DNA of 64,000 bases from Rotaria socialis (lineage: Eukaryota), in assembly GCA_905331295.1 (NCBI GenBank), contig CAJNYD010000025.1, positions 62,001 to 126,000 of the forward strand, given 5' to 3'. Shown here piece after piece: positions 1 through 15,667 of the stretch. Both the position numbers and the translations under genes were made by a program. Each line of letters starts with the position of its first letter. Position 1 is the stretch's first letter. The notes under the pieces were generated by a model, which ran no database searches, was not told the origin of the DNA, and saw nothing but the letters and a program-made list of their open reading frames with translations.

Positions 1-2110
1 CCAAAAACATTTAGTTCTCTTCTTTCATTATTCTTCATGGAACAACGAAGAATACAATCACAAATAAATCAAACGATAATTTTTTCTCACTTAGCTATCG
101 AATATTGTTTATCATGACGACGTACGATTGGAACGCTTAATGAATATCTCTGGTTGTTTACGTGATATTGGTTCATTAACTGAACCTGATATTGAGTCAA
201 TGAAAAAAAATATTCAAATCTACATAGAGTGAGTTTTCTTATACTTTAAATCTTATTGTTTCAAATAAAGAAAAATAATTTATCAATAGACATCTCGTCT
301 ATTTTTCTTCATATATATCAACAATATCAACTTTAGCAAGATTTTTTAATTCATCATTGAAACTTGTTGATTCGAAACAACGATTATTTAATCCAAGCAA
401 TACTTTGAATGAGTCATTATCATCATCGCCAACGCATTCTAATGCAGTAACACCACTACGTAACTTCTTCTATTAGCTATTTTCTTTCATCAAAAAGTTT
501 TGTTTTTCGTTTTCTATTTTTCAGAATGTGAAATACCTATTCAACAACAAACTGATGCAGATAGTAAAACATTATCGTCACCGAAATTATCAATAAGTTT
601 TAACAAATCTAAACAACAATTAGATGTAACTAAGCAAGCTCGTTCAATAATTCCAACAAATAATGGTACACAAACTGGATTAGAAGTACGATGTGAAGAA
701 ACTCAAACTGATCGAATGCCTGGACCCGGTTTTGTTCTTGCTGAACATCAAGATTATCTTCGACGATATTCAATGGATGAAGTAAATTTTTGATAAATAT
801 TTATTTTTGTTAATTTCATTGAATTCTAGTTAGCAAAATTAACTCCACGCGATCTTATTGTTGATGGACTTGATTCAACTACAGCTCATTTACTTTGTGG
901 AGCTCTCGATGATTTAAAGTAAATCAATAAATTAGTTTCCTATGTTTTTCAATTGATTTTTTTCATCAATTTAGACCGATGAGCGTTCATTTAACTAATA
1001 GTAATAGACATGTTCGTTCACCATCTACTTTTATTCAAATTCCTCCATCATCATCATCATCTTTACTACCACCACCACCACCACCACCTTTACTTGATGC
1101 TGCTCTAATGACTGTTGTACAAAACCAACAAGCATCTCGTATATCAACTCATGCTTCTGATCGAAATCAGCTTGAGCAAACTGTAATTAATTTTGGAGGT
1201 GTCCGGCCATGTTCATCATCAAGTCCAAGTCCAAAATTACCGAAAATGGGAACAATAAACAACGGAAATAACAATGGTGTAGCTCCACCACCACCAACAT
1301 CACTACCTTCTCATCAATCTTCTTCATTACCATCGTCATCATCAAATTGTCCACCGCAAAATCAACATCACGCTCCATTATTAACTACACATTCATTTCT
1401 TTACAATCCAATGGAACCTTGCATATTTCCAATAGCTATTCCACCTGGTTTTCCATCTTCATCATCCGATTTTATCAGATTATTCGCTCCAAACATGTCG
1501 GCAGCAACAGCAGCTACTATGGGTAATACAAATAATTCATCGGGTGCGAGTTTTGTTCAGAATTCAATTGGTTCACAAGGACACGGACCTAATTCTCGTT
1601 CAACAACACAATCAAACGGTGCGACAACACCACCAGAGCAGCATGGACCGAACGTTCATCATTATCATCCATCTTCATCGACATCATCATCGACTATTTC
1701 TCGTCATCAACAATCATATTATCGTCAAAGACAACAGTATCCAATGGATTCACATCAATTTCAACAAAATATATCTCATAGTTATCATCATCAACAACGA
1801 CAATCACAAATATCCTATTCACAGCCACAACAACATAATCGACCTAAAGCATGTTACACTTGCGGTGATATTGGTCATTTAGCTTTTGCCTGTCCTGAAC
1901 AGTATTCATCAGATTCAAATTATTCTCATAATACTAGAGGTAAAAAAGAAAACTAATGAATTTTATTTTGCCACTTCATGGATAAATATTTCAGATGGCT
2001 ATAAGCTTGATTACCGACCAAGACTTAATACATCGACAAATTTACACCAACAGCAAAAGCAAATGCGCTCAAATTCAACATCGAAAACTAAAGTTCGAGA
2101 CAATAGTTGA
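1..2110 (+). CDS. 5'-partial multi-exon SAM-domain + C-terminal CCHC zinc-knuckle protein (ZCCHC2/ZCCHC14-like)
   Basis: Spliced exons give a SAM-like segment (EHQDYLRRYSMDE|LAKLTPRDLIVDGLDSTTAHLLCGALDDL), a long Pro/Ser/Gln-rich exon (976-1939) and the knuckle CYTCGDIGHLAFAC. The last intron 1940-1994 (GT..AG) leads to DGYKLDYRPR...DNS* ending at 2110. Confidence 0.7.
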
Positions 2111-2864
2111 ACTTTTATTTATTTTTTGTTTCATTATTGTTTATTTACCTTTTCTTCTCGTTTATACTCATCAAAACAATACTACATATTACGACATTCT
2201 TTTTGCATTTGTTTTGCCCATTTTCTCTATTTGCCATATTGATTTCCTATCATAGATTTATTTCATTTCTTTTTTTTTTCATTTTCATTCTATCCTGTCT
2301 TTCGTTTTTGTTGTAACGACGACACAAGTCTTTTCTTTTACGATCTATAGAGAACACATTCCATCTTTAATACATGTATGCATACATATATATATATAAA
2401 TATATATTTGCAATTACTTCGTTTTCATTTTCAAAACTTTTAAATCACGGAAAAATTGAGAGAGAGAGACTATCCACAAGTGAAAACGATATAGAATATT
2501 GATACGTAGTCGAACACAAGAAAAACTAGTATGATGAATTTAAATGAATCTAAGAGTATTGGCAATTAGATATGTAATTGTTCTATCATTTAATATGAAT
2601 TTAAAATATTCATTTATCTATCAAAAGGTGTCGATTTTCAAACTATACAGAAATTTTGCTATTTATATTCGTAACTAAATTCGTTTTTATGGCGAAACAA
2701 CTAGCACACTGATATGCACTATAGATCTTTAGCAAGAAGACAAAAACAGACGAAGAACACGCATGGCATTGCTCACGGTACATCATTCTAGGTTTTCTTA
2801 GAAAAATAAAGAAATATCTTTCTCATGGAGTCATTTATCGTTTCGGGTATATTTTTTTTGGAAG

Positions 2865-3131
2865 CCCGGAATTTTCGGGCCGGACTTTCGGCCCAGTATG
2901 AAATGAATATAAGGATGAGAATGACCCAGTTTTATGATAAAAAAAAGAAATGAAATAAATCTATGATAGGAAATCAATATGGCAAATAGAGAAAATGGGC
3001 AAAACAANGACTTTCGGCCCAGTATGAAATGAATATAAGGATGAGAATGACCCAGTTTTATGATAAAAAAAATTTCATTTGAGGCCGAAAGTCCGGCCCG
3101 AAAATTCCTTGGGCCGAAATTCATGTAACCC
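2865..3131. mobile_element. Short/partial copy of the GC-rich TIR element family also found at 29822-30529
   Basis: cggaattttcgggccggactttcgg at the left and ccgaaagtccggcccgaaaattccttgggccgaaattcatgtaaccc at the right match the ends of the 29822-30529 element. The interior is disturbed by an N and duplications. Confidence 0.7.
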
Positions 3132-4289
3132 TTTTTTTTAAACTACAAATCACATTTTCGTGTAAAATTTCTAGATACAACTAATAGCTGAAAATGGATT
3201 TGTCCTACAAAATACAAAACGTTTTTGTGTTGACACAAGTAACGATATAAACCATTAGGAATAAACAAGCTATGGAAATGTTGACATTGTCATATGACGA
3301 TAAAATATTTTCTTAAAAACTTAAATTCTTAATAGAACAAGATTTGAAATATTCGATATTTTCGTATGAGAATGAATATTTTGTGTAAGTTGAAATGAGA
3401 GAATTTTTCCATGAACATTTTATTCGATTCATTAGTGTCCGACCGTTATTACAAAATATTGATACATGAACAAAATATAGATATTTTTCTACGAACAAAT
3501 CTGTCACACTTATTTAATGAATGATGTTCGCAATATCATCATAATCGATCTATATGGAAATCATCATCTCTTATATAAGATGCGTTACTGTACATGTTCA
3601 TTTGTATTTGCTTAAATGGTGATGTCATCGTTATCATTATTCATTAGATTGTTTATACGAGAGAGAACAGTATCACTGTTTCTCATAGAACGAAAATCGA
3701 GGAAAACAATTGTGTAATCTTATCATTCATCTTCAAGTTATGAGCGAATTCGATATATCATTCAATCAATCAATCCAAATAATTGATTGATACATTTTTT
3801 TTTATATGAACAAGTTGTTTATCCTTTGAATATTAACAAATCGACTACTTATATATTCCAAGAAGCTATCAATTCTTGCATAACCTATTACTTGAGAATC
3901 GTATCAAAAGAAAAAGACGAGAAATTTCAGAAAAAAACAAATTTTCGTTTTATTTATTTTTTTCTACCATCAAACAATTTTCATCACAAAAAACAAAAAT
4001 AAATTAACTTATTTAATTCTCCTCATCGAGTTTTTTCTTCAACTCTTTTCGCATTTCTGTTGACGCTACAATAATTAACAGAGTAAAGACAAGGAAACAA
4101 AAGCAAAAGATTAGCATTAACAATGAATAATACAAATAAAACATCGTTCAGATTCAGATAAACAGAAATGGAAAAAATTTCAATACAGCACGCAACACAC
4201 AAAAAAATAATAATAATAATAATTCTTTTCAAAAGACATGGCTTGTTTTCAATAATTAGATTCAAAACAAAAAAAAGCAAATTTCTTTT

Positions 4290-7200
4290 TTATTCAAGAT
4301 CGGAATCGGCTGATGATGATTCATCATGTATTGATCGTTGCCAAGTTTTAAGACGCTGTTCAAGTATTGTTTGCCATGCACATTGTAAACATTTACTTGG
4401 ATAACGGATTTTATATGGAATATTCGGTTTATTCGAAACAAATAGTAAAGCATCGTCACCTATTGAGAAAAGAAACAAATTGCATAAAAATTATCGATTT
4501 AAAATACCGAAATACATACGTTCATTGCTAGATCGAAAATCGACAATATCAGTTAACAGAATTGCATTACAAACAAGTGTTAAACGTGTATCGATTGCAT
4601 TACGTTGTGTAAATAATAGCATATCATTTAAAAGAATAGCCCATGTCTAATAAATAATAGAAAAAGAAACAGAATATTAAAAATATGAAATAGATAACAG
4701 AAAAAAAACAATTTGACACGAGTCTACCGAATGCAAAGTGTTCAGATCTAACGATACTAGTTAAGGTTCTTGTTTCTTTTTTTCAAGACAATATATTTAC
4801 CTCAGTATAATTTTTATTTTCATTTTGTAACAGAAGTACACCCGAAAAAATGACGTGTCGATTTCGACCAGTAACAGTGACAGGCTAAATAAATTAAAAA
4901 TAGTTCTCAAAGATTCATTTTCTCAGTTGCTTACTTGAATATGTTTTCTAAATTGAAGACGATTCTGTAGATCAACTATTTGATCATCTTCGGATTGACT
5001 TATTGACGATGATGTTATTCCACTGGCACTGTTCAATGTCATTGTTGTGGTACAATGATGGTGACTTGTTGATGATGATTCATTATATAATGAACATTGA
5101 CGTAATTCTACAATATAAGAAATAGTTTCTAGACATTTCTGATTCAATTTGCAATGTTTTCGCTTTTTTTACCTTTGAGAACATGTAAAAGATAATTTGC
5201 ATCATTTGCATTTTCACATATACAGCATAATGTATCCAATTGATTAGCAAGATTATCGATATGATTAAGAGGAATTTGTAAAAACTGTTCAATTGAAAGA
5301 TTTGAATTATTTTCTTGAATAAATCTTTGAAAACTAGCACATTTTGAAAGCTGTTTCAATTGTGAACAAGCTTCTGAATAACCAGATATGTAACGTGTAA
5401 ATGCTTCACATATTAGTTGAACTTTTTCATGAAATATTCGACCAATATGACTTATTATTGTTCGTTCAGATAGTGATTGCAAACGATTTAACTGATAACG
5501 TGATATAGCTAATATCTATATAAAACGTATCATGTTTTTTTCTTTTCTATTACAAATACAAAGAAAAAAATGTTAATAATTTACTTTTTCAATATTTTGA
5601 AATAATTTAGCATGTTCATTTGACGAAATTAAATAATGTTTCAATGGACGTGAATATAATTGTACACCGAGTTCAAGTTGACAAATAAAGTCTTTCTCAA
5701 TTTCAATTAAATGTATAGCTTCGCGTTCGTAGGTTTCAGAAATAATCTCCTAAAAATTAGAAAAAAAGATTCAATTTTATTCTTTACTCTTTAATACAAA
5801 AGAAACGTGATCTACTTACTAAACGATTTTCACCATCTGAATACGGATTACTTTCCGAACCAACACCAGATTCACTTCCATCACTTCGTTCAGATATTTT
5901 GCGATAAATTGGCGACATAAGTAATGATTGTTCTTGTTTATTATTATTATTATTATTATTATCATTATTATTAGTATTAGGATTTTTATTAAGAACAATT
6001 GTTTCAGGAAGTATGCAACTTGTTATTTCATCATAATTATCATAGGGTTTATCTGATGAACAAAAGGCTCGATCAGCGTAAGTATCACTAAATGAATAAT
6101 TATGATCAGATTTTTTTGAAAATATATTTGAAATTAATGGTTGATGTTGATCAATTGAATTCAATACAATTTTATCGATTTTATTGGATGTCGTTGGAAC
6201 AGAACGACGATATAATTGAAGAATTATTGGCAATGGTAAATTTCTATTCGAAATAAAAACAAAAAGAATTGGTTGATTTCTTCATCAACAACAAAAAATA
6301 AAAAAGAATAGATTACTAACCGCATTAATTTATTAACAGCTTTAGCTTGTGTACGTGAAACATTAATATCATTAACTTGTAGAAGAATATCACCAGGTAT
6401 TGGTCGAGTAGATGATGAACCAATACCGGATTTAACTTCACTAACTGTACAAGGAAATCCAGAAGCAAAATGAATATCATCACGATCAAATATATCAACC
6501 TAAATAAAAATTTGCAATTTATACATATGATTATTCTGATTTTGTTTTAGTGATACTCAATATCCTTAAAATATCTTTCTTTTTTAATTTCCTCTTGTAA
6601 TTCATTAATGAATCTATATAGTATAAATCGATATGTATTCTTATTTATAAATTATATGAAGGAACAATTGTTTGAATTCTTTTAGTGAATTAAATTCGAT
6701 ATCAAACTCTAGATCATTTCGTAAGAAATTGAGTAAAATTAAGCGTAACTCAGATGTTAAAATTTGAATTGAATAAATTATGATGTCTATCACAAGTGTT
6801 TGCTTTCGTTATCGATTGATTACCATGAAAATTAATCATCTGATTATAAGCTCTTATAGGTTTTATTTCTCTATCTGTGTCTTCTCCTTACATTTAATAA
6901 AATTCCATTCGTATGATTTCCTATGGATGAATGTGGTCGTCGTGTTTTTGTAGATTTTTTATTATGAGATGAGGAAGTTTCAACATTTAATGCCATTCGT
7001 TTGTGCCGACCAATTGATTCCGGTAATAGACAATACCATTTATATTTCGATGGAGTCTAAAACAAAAACAATCAATTGTTTACATTGGATATATCTCATT
7101 TAATTCGTTTTTTCACACTATACAGCTTAATTAATCGATTTTCTTACCTTAGTACAATTAGTTGTTTTTAGAAAAGTCTTCATATTAAATGACATACATC

Positions 7201-8187
7201 CGATTAAGTCAATTCTAAAAAAAAAATGACGAATTTGTTTATATATAAGAATGAGAATAGATCGATAGGATCGATTTTTCTTCAGCTTTCTTCTCTTCCC
7301 TCGCTATTTATTCGTCGTCAGACTAGAAGATATATCACTTGTGAACGGGAGAAAAGATAGGGAATCTTCTTACACGTTTTCTAAGGAAGAAAAAAAGATT
7401 CGATTAGTGTTTTCACAAGAAGAAAACTTGTTATAATAATGTTCGTTTGAAGAGAAAAAAAGGCATTCTAACAACTTACTTATTGTTCTTGTCCGATTGA
7501 TTATAAACAGAGATTGTCAAGCGTTTCGATGCTGTTGATAAATTGTTTTTATTTACAGGTCTAAAGAACACATACACATCGATATGATTACTCGCTTGCT
7601 TTGTATTTAGTTTAATCTTACATAGAAAATTTTTCATCATATACAGGAGAATTTGTACCATAAATAACTTTTGAACTTTGTTCGTATTGAGAGAATTTTA
7701 CTTTAACGAATGTATTTAACAAATGATTATCCGGATGTGCAAATGACAATTGTCTGGCTCGTATCACTAAAAAATAAACAAAAGTGAACATATGGTTTTT
7801 CTTTTTCCTAAATACTAATTAATCAAGTTAACGAATTTATAAACAACAAAAAAGAAAACATAAACGAAACAAATGAATCTTTACCATGTAATGTTAAAAT
7901 TGAATTTTCAGTGTTATCATTATTTGAGATTGAATATGCAATACATAATGAACCTGGAACAGACAATAACAAAATAGTTATTTTAATAAATGAACATTTT
8001 AAAATAAATTATATTTACCTCGTTTTGATGAAGTTTGATTTTCTTTAGGTAAAATTGTATTTGTTGACGATGATGAATTTGTGTATGGTGCAAGACATTT
8101 GGTTTTTTTAACATAATCAACAAGATGCTCTGTTAATGAACGTTTATTCGAAGATGCTGATGTTATCACAAGTCGTTCATCACTCAT
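4290..8187 (-). CDS. Multi-exon Rho GEF with C2, PDZ, DH and PH domains (PsGEF-like architecture)
   Basis: Exons on the minus strand encode a C2-like region (VIRARQL...TNSPVYDEKFS, RLTISVYN, LIGCMSF), a PDZ-like region (GFPCTVSEVKSG...PGDILLQVNDINVS), DH (EREAIHLIEIEKDFICQLELGVQLYSRPL...LFQNIEK, IEQFLQIPLNHI) and PH (RHVIFSGVLLL, WAILLNDMLLFTQR). Stop at 4290; ATG at 8187. Probable non-coding exons lie upstream. Confidence 0.75.
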
Positions 8188-10706
8188 GATGATTGAATGG
8201 AAATTCTAGAAAGCAAATTAATGTTTTTCATAATTACTGAAGGGTTCAATAACAAAAATTTGTTTTGAAAATTACCTCAATTAAAATGGCACTAATATTG
8301 GTATCGAATCCTGAAATAAGAGACAATAACAATTGACTATGAATGATTCGAAAAGAGCAAAGGAAGTGTATATATATATATAATGTTTTTCTTTTCCTTT
8401 TTCTCTTTTCGATCAACCATAGGCAGCTGTATATTGCTCACCCGAGTATCACGAAAACAAAAACAGAAAAAAAAAAGGAGAACAAAGTTATCTCTTCTTA
8501 TGCGATATGAACACTTCTGATATTTTAGCCCCCCCCTTCCCGTATTTGCATGATTTAGCAGAGACATGTTATCTCCTACTGCCCTGCTAATCATAAGAAC
8601 AGACAGTCTGATTGATACATATACAAGCATGACGATTGTGATGATATATTCTTACGATTTAGTCAACGGACACCACCGGTAGTGTTCGAAAAAAAGGTGA
8701 GGGGGCGGGCAAGTGGGATTAGGATTGCACAATGATCGGAAAATGGATGATATAATTGACTTAATCACTAGTTTAAAAAAAAAATGAAAAATTGAAATGA
8801 CATTTTGTCGTCATCAAATCAGGAAATAAAACGACGTTCTATTCTTTTAATCAATACTAAAGATAGAATGAATTAGTTTTTTCGCTTTAGAGAATATTGA
8901 TGAATTCTAAATTCAAAGCGTTCTGATTTAATTTCAAGTTTATTTGATGATTCAACAAATAAAAAAAAGCTCGAATAAACAGTTCCTCTTGTTGTTTCTT
9001 CTATATATATAAATTAAACCGGTGAAAGAGAACAGATGACGCTGAGTAGTCTTCAGGATAACCAAGTGAGATGCAGGCGCGTGTACACAAGAACAAAAAA
9101 AATCAAATTTCTAAAAAATGATAATACTTAACGGTCGGTTCAATCGAACGCTTACCTTAATGTAATAGAAATAAGTGTATGAAATAAACGATACACATCA
9201 TTATTTAAAGGAAATAGCAAATCTCCGGAACAAAAAGTCAAACGTTTTTTTTCTTTCTCTCTATCTCTCTCTGAAAAACAGATCACCTGCCGTTGATTAA
9301 CATTTATTTTAATGATGATAATGTCAAATCTGTTTTAAATATGAATATCTTATAAATGATCTCAACTGTGAAATAAAAAGAAAATCGAGCAACTGTCATT
9401 GATAGAAGTTTGTAAATAAGTAAAGAGTAAACTGATCCAATTTCTGTTAGTGTGAAAAAACAAGAAATGAAAAAGCTCTTACCACTTATTCGACGATGAT
9501 CTTGTTGAGAGTCAATGATATTTAACTTGTAAGAATGTCGTGACCAATATTGTTGTTCTAAAATATCGAAATATTTTCATAAAAATAATGCATTATGCTA
9601 AGCCATTTTTCTCTTCACGAAATAAATATGAAAGATGAAAAGGAAATTGATGAGATTATCTCATCCAGGTTGAACAATCGAATTTTCGTTCTCATGCTCT
9701 TTCGCCGGTTGGATTAGAGAAGGAGAAAAAGAAAAAGGTCAAAAAAGGTGAGAATATAATTGTCATACAAACATATCGCTGTCATGTTTCGAGCTAGTGT
9801 TTGAAAAAACAAATGAGCACGTAGAAAAATCATTCGTTATAGACGACACACGACATGAAACAAGTTCATCGAAAATATTTTGATTAAAAATATACATATC
9901 AAGTCGATTATGACCTCAATAGATAGTCATCAAAAGTTCTAAAGCGACACACAAAACAAGCGACAAAATTTCATGCTTCTACGGGTTAGAAAGTCAACGT
10001 CCATTTTAATTGATAAAACAATATATATGATTGTTGAAGCGAAAATTCAATACAGTTGACAGGTGAACTGTTCCCAGCATTGAATTTGTTTGATGTTTAT
10101 GTAATCATATTTAACGGATACTAAGTCAGGATATCTAGCAGCAACTATTTTTACTCACAGATCTAAAGGCGAAACCGCTACTATATAAAACAAAAAGGCA
10201 AACATACATATAATGTATTTATAAGTGTTTCTAAGAAGGAAGTTTAGAAAATCTATTTATAATAAACCCTCGAAAAGATATATATAATTCTTGTAATATT
10301 ATTCCTTGGGGCGTAATTTTAAAAAGGCTTACGGAAAAGAATTAGATAAATAACTCACGATATTCTTCACGTCGGAACATGATTTTCAAATAGTCGAGCA
10401 TTTGATTTGTGTTTTTAGTAGATGTAAAAGTATTTCTCACATAAACTTTTCGTTTATGAAAATGACTGAGATGTAAATACATGAGAACATGTCTTTTTAT
10501 TGCTCAAAAGTGGAAAAAATAGGTAGTTTGTTTTTCTCTCCCCTCTCGTTAATTTGATAACAGACGGGATGAGACATATATCTTAAGTGTGTATATCGAA
10601 CAACATCCACTTGAATTAGGCATTAACAAGCAAATGTTGTTATTTTCCAGTAAAAATATACATACACCGGAATAAGTAGCACATCTGTGTCAAATGCAGA
10701 GACATT

Positions 10707-10734
10707 GTGCGCGCGCGTGTGTGTGTGTGTGTGC
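10707..10734. repeat. (GC)n(GT)n microsatellite
   Basis: gtgcgcgcgcgtgtgtgtgtgtgtgtgc, an alternating purine-pyrimidine run. Confidence 0.85.
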
Positions 10735-13700
10735 TTTCTTACTTTCTAAGAATTTAGAAGAATGGAATTTTATTTTACAAATATTCAATGTTATAAATAT
10801 ATTAGACTATGAACTGATGAGATTAATCTATATAGACAAAAAAATGTTTCTGATCCTAATATGATTACGTAATTAGATGCGCCGTGAAGAGCAGTAGGAG
10901 GCCATCTTTTCGCTTTGGATATGATCGTATATTCTAAAGCAAGATGCTCTTTATTTTATTTTCCGTAGATAAATAACATACGATGAAAGAAGTTAATCCA
11001 AAAAATAAGATGCGTTACATAAATTATCAATAATATTTGTCTGCCTATGTATATATTACCACATCAAAACCTACTTAGATACATACCGTTTGCTGCTCTT
11101 CTACACGCTTAATCAAGGTGTATATCGAAAAATAGACTTAATGATTAAGCGAAACAGATGGAAAAAACTTATAGGATACGAAAATGAATTATAAGTTTCA
11201 ATTCGAATAGATCGATAATTTTCACACCTTGTCTTTTTTTCCCCCCTGTTTTCCTGATGCCATCAGTAAACATGCATTCGTCTTTTTTCCGTCACTCTCG
11301 TTAATCATCGAGTACTCACAAAAGATAGACTCTGTGATGATGTTTCGAGTGAAGATATCAACCTTTCAATTATATTCTCTTTTCCTTTTTGTCCTTCAAC
11401 ACAACAATCATTGATGATGCAACCTCCTATTGAGTGAATTGGTATTCCGTTTGAAGTTTTTAGACTCTCAATCCCAAAGAGTAGGCGTACGTCACACGTA
11501 TGTTATTTAGTTAGAGAGAGAAAGAGAGAAAAAAAAACGGTTAACAATTACGAAATATTCAGAAGAATGGTGATCACGCAGCGAGATAAAAAAAACAACA
11601 AGTTTAGTCAGTGGAGTTGCCCAACGGCTGTTCATTTTGTTGGATGAAATCTGCTCCTGATCTGGCGTCGTACATCGGACACTTGACCGCGTAGACACAC
11701 ATTCTCAAGAGAGACAGACAATGGAGAAGCTGTATTATATACAACTTCTTGTTTTTACCTTGAAGCCCCTTCATTTATTCCTAATGAGTAAACACATATA
11801 TTTTCAAGAAAAAAATGGATAGCTTAAGGCTGATGAAGCGCGCTTTGCCCGCCTACTGTGCAATTTACGTCATCGATCTAGGTATACAATTGAGTAATTC
11901 TTCTAAAAAGAATTTTTTTAGACAAGCTTTCATATTCTATTAAAGTCAATTGTTGGAATATTCTTGTTATTTTTCATTGATATTGAAAATAAAAACAAAC
12001 AAGAAAAGAATAACAAAAACTTATCCTCACTACAAGCAGCCAATCGAAGAAAGACAATTCAACTGTCTTTCTTCGACATGTACCTATCTTTTCTATTTAG
12101 ACAGATGGTCTCTTTAACCTTTGCAATTTTAATTAAGAACAAAATATCATCTCATTAGCTGCAGGCACAGAAGTACGATTGAGATCTCGAACGTATTTTT
12201 TTGTTAGACTATTTTCCTTATCTCTCGTTGCCTTGACACCTTTTCTTTCAAACATCGATCTCTTCTGATATAGGTGATAATTGCTTGTCTCCAATATCCG
12301 CTGTCAACTGATATGACTTAGGAATAAAAAAATAGAAATCGTTAGATCTAAAGTGCGATAAGACGACACGTGCCAATAGAAAAAAAGGTAGAAAGGTTTT
12401 GATTCGATATAATTTTGTGTTAATCTATTGAAAATATGATTTTCTTTTCTTTTTTTTTTTTATAAAAGTATTAGTAGTGTACTTGAAAATAAAATAAAAT
12501 AAAAGTATCAAGTGGTATCCTGTCGATATTCGTCACGGGGTGATCATTGATCGATCATCAACAATAAATGATTAGAGAAGGGGGTAAGAAAAACGATTGA
12601 CACTATACGTCAAGTATGACGAGAGTTTATGAATCATGAATCTCTCGACATGCGTAGGTGAATAATTATATAGAGTCCAAGGTGTAAAATCGAAGGAGTG
12701 CAACATACGTAATCGTTTTTTGTTTTTATTTAAAATATTATGATTGATGCGTCTGATTTAATTATTCATAAATGCTTAAGATTATCATTTTCATTGAATG
12801 AAAATAATGTTTTTGATCTTTCTTTTTGTTTTGTTTCTGTTTTGAATTAGAATTATACTAAGAAAAAAAGAAGTAAATAATTTAGAACTTACTTGATTGT
12901 ATGTTGATTGTTTTCGAATCAATACACTTACAAACCACACGCTTTGTCTTTTTTCTTGTTTAATTCAGAAAATATTTTTCTACTTTCGTTCAGCTGCTGT
13001 TTTCCTTAAAAGAAACACTCGTTTCTCACACGTCTTTTTTTCTTTTCCTGCTCTCGTTCGTCTATCCTTGCTGTCTACTTTCCGATCAAATAGATATTGA
13101 GAAAGAGAGAAGAAGAAAAAAAGCGTGAAATGTTTTATTTCAAGATCTTCCAATTGATTGACTTAATGCCGACAGATATATATATATATATAAACAACGG
13201 CATCGATCATGCATAGAGACACTTCGCCATTGATACCGTTTGTTAGGCAATCCTCTGATGATACACAATCGTTCAAAAAATGAAGACAACCAAAACGAAA
13301 TGATAATGAATTTTTCATTTTGTTTAGTTTATAAATTTGACGTAATATTATTTTCAATTGAAAGAATAAAAGAATATTTCAAGAAGCATACAAACATTTT
13401 AACACTTATAATAATCATAATATATGTGATGACTAGTGACCATTAAAGAGATAGCGGCATGAACGATAAACTGTCTATATAACGTTGAGCGATGAATATA
13501 GAAATCATAACACCCTGCTGTTTATTGATTGATTTTTCTAAGAGGTTAATATTTTGGAAGATCTATTTCTCTTCCTCTCTTGTTATAACATATATTTTAA
13601 GTCATGCATGCTTGTGAAACGGAAGAGATTAGCTTGGAGACTCACTGTGTCTCGTGCTATCGTGGAAAAGTATGCATGATTATAAAATCAGTGTTAGTAT

Positions 13701-15667
13701 TTGCGTGTTGCACCGTCATTACGTATTCATTGTCAATCATATTCGGTGAGATACGATGGGCAGTCAAGTGACAAGTTCTACCTAATGGTTCGTTGTTACT
13801 CTCTATGGAAAAATGAAATGTGTCATATACGCGAATACATATGTATGCTTATGTATATGAATTCAAAGTTAATTGAAATAAGACAGCTCATCGAACTTTA
13901 ATTCTCATTGCATAAGATTCTTAATTTAACATAGTTCAATGTTTCTTATGAACATTGACCAATGATTGGAATTGTTCCATCGTATTACTTGAAAATATAT
14001 ATTTCTTACTGGGAACCAATTTTCTGTACTGATCTAGATATATATTTGTATGTATGTGGATGTACATATCATCGGATGAATAATATCTATAAAAGATAAG
14101 AGTTTGTTGAAAATGAAGGCATATTAATAAGGGTGGTATATACAAATAATGAGTTATATGTCTATTTTTGATAAGATAACTCTTTCTAGATGAACGAAAT
14201 TTGATTTGGATTTTGTCTATGAATCTGTCACAACTATACAAATATATTTATTTGATAATGTAAGTTGGTTTATAACATGATAGTAGATAAGAGGCAAAAC
14301 CATTTTTTTTTATGAAAGAAATTACAAAATTCATATTGTCTTTATAGTGAAACAAGATATCAATAACTTAATAAGATAATATTTTCAATTTATTTAACAA
14401 ATGTATGACCTTTAAATAGAACGATGTTCTATTGGCGAACTAGTTAAAGTAAAAAGTATAGATGTCAATGCGGTAATCACTTTCATGAGAAAAGCTGTCA
14501 ATGTAAAGGTGTTGAAGCTATTTCTTCAGTTTAATGTTTTAAGACGATATTGGATTGTCTTTAATGTTCATAAAATATTATCTATTCGATATCTTCATAA
14601 AAAATTCTTCTTCAACAAGTTGTTTAAGAAAAAAAGATGCAATCATTCTTCACACCGCACCATTGTTTTGGATTAGATTTAAATATATAAGTGATTTTTC
14701 TTAAAGGAAAACAACAATGATTTAAAGATAAACAATAATAGAATGATTTTTGTGCTGTTGATAAAACATATTAGAAAGATTATTCAATTCTGTCGCTACT
14801 AATATTAAACAACGAAAATATGTAAAAGTTTTGCAAGCAGAGCAAGGCGAAGATATTCAAAATAAAGTATTCATCAGATTTTGTACTTTTGTGTTTTTAG
14901 AGCTTGAAGAAAAACAGTTAGAAATTAAGAAAGAGAATCAAAACTGTGATCAACGCTAATATCTCTCGTGAACTATAAGAACATTATTAGCCGCTCATTT
15001 TTATGCATCGGCATCATTTTCTTCAGGTATCTTTCTTTATTTCATTATGTACAATCGGATCCGACAGTAGTCCGATCGTATTTTATTTGCATTCCGATAA
15101 AACCGACGAAACCCATCTATCTTAGGGCTCTAACTGACCTCTGGTGTTGGTTTCAGACGCCAATTAGTGTGCAAATAATTATGTCGTATCGCAACTGTAG
15201 CAATGAGTAGTGTATTGTGCCGACATGCCGAACGAATTGATACAAAATTCGACTCGGTGAATATGGTTCTACAGGTTTCATGCCATTGTATCTAAATAAT
15301 GATTTGTATTTTTTTTCTTTTTTACATTCATTTATTTATTTGATCCATTAGATTAGGGGCGAATAAGTGAATAGAATTTTAATTTTGCTTATGTTGACTG
15401 CTCGAGCACTGGATGCAGAAAACATTTCTATGATTTACCAACAAATCGTTCAATTATAATTATTCGTATGTCAAGTGGGTTTTATGAAAATATTAGAAAG
15501 ACATGAATTTAATGATAGGCTAGAAAGAGCACGATAAATACAAAATAAAGTTGAACAAAAAGAGCCGAATTTAATGTTAGTAGTTGACACGACGAACTCA
15601 ATGATAGACGAAGATGTTGACAGCAAGAAATCGACGATGTGAAGTAAAAAGAAGTTTTTTCTTAAAT

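Noticed and set aside
8337..15210. Numerous 60-100 aa ORFs
   Set aside because: Composition mirrors AT-rich non-coding DNA with no recognisable motifs; probably the 5' introns and upstream region of the GEF gene plus decayed sequence.
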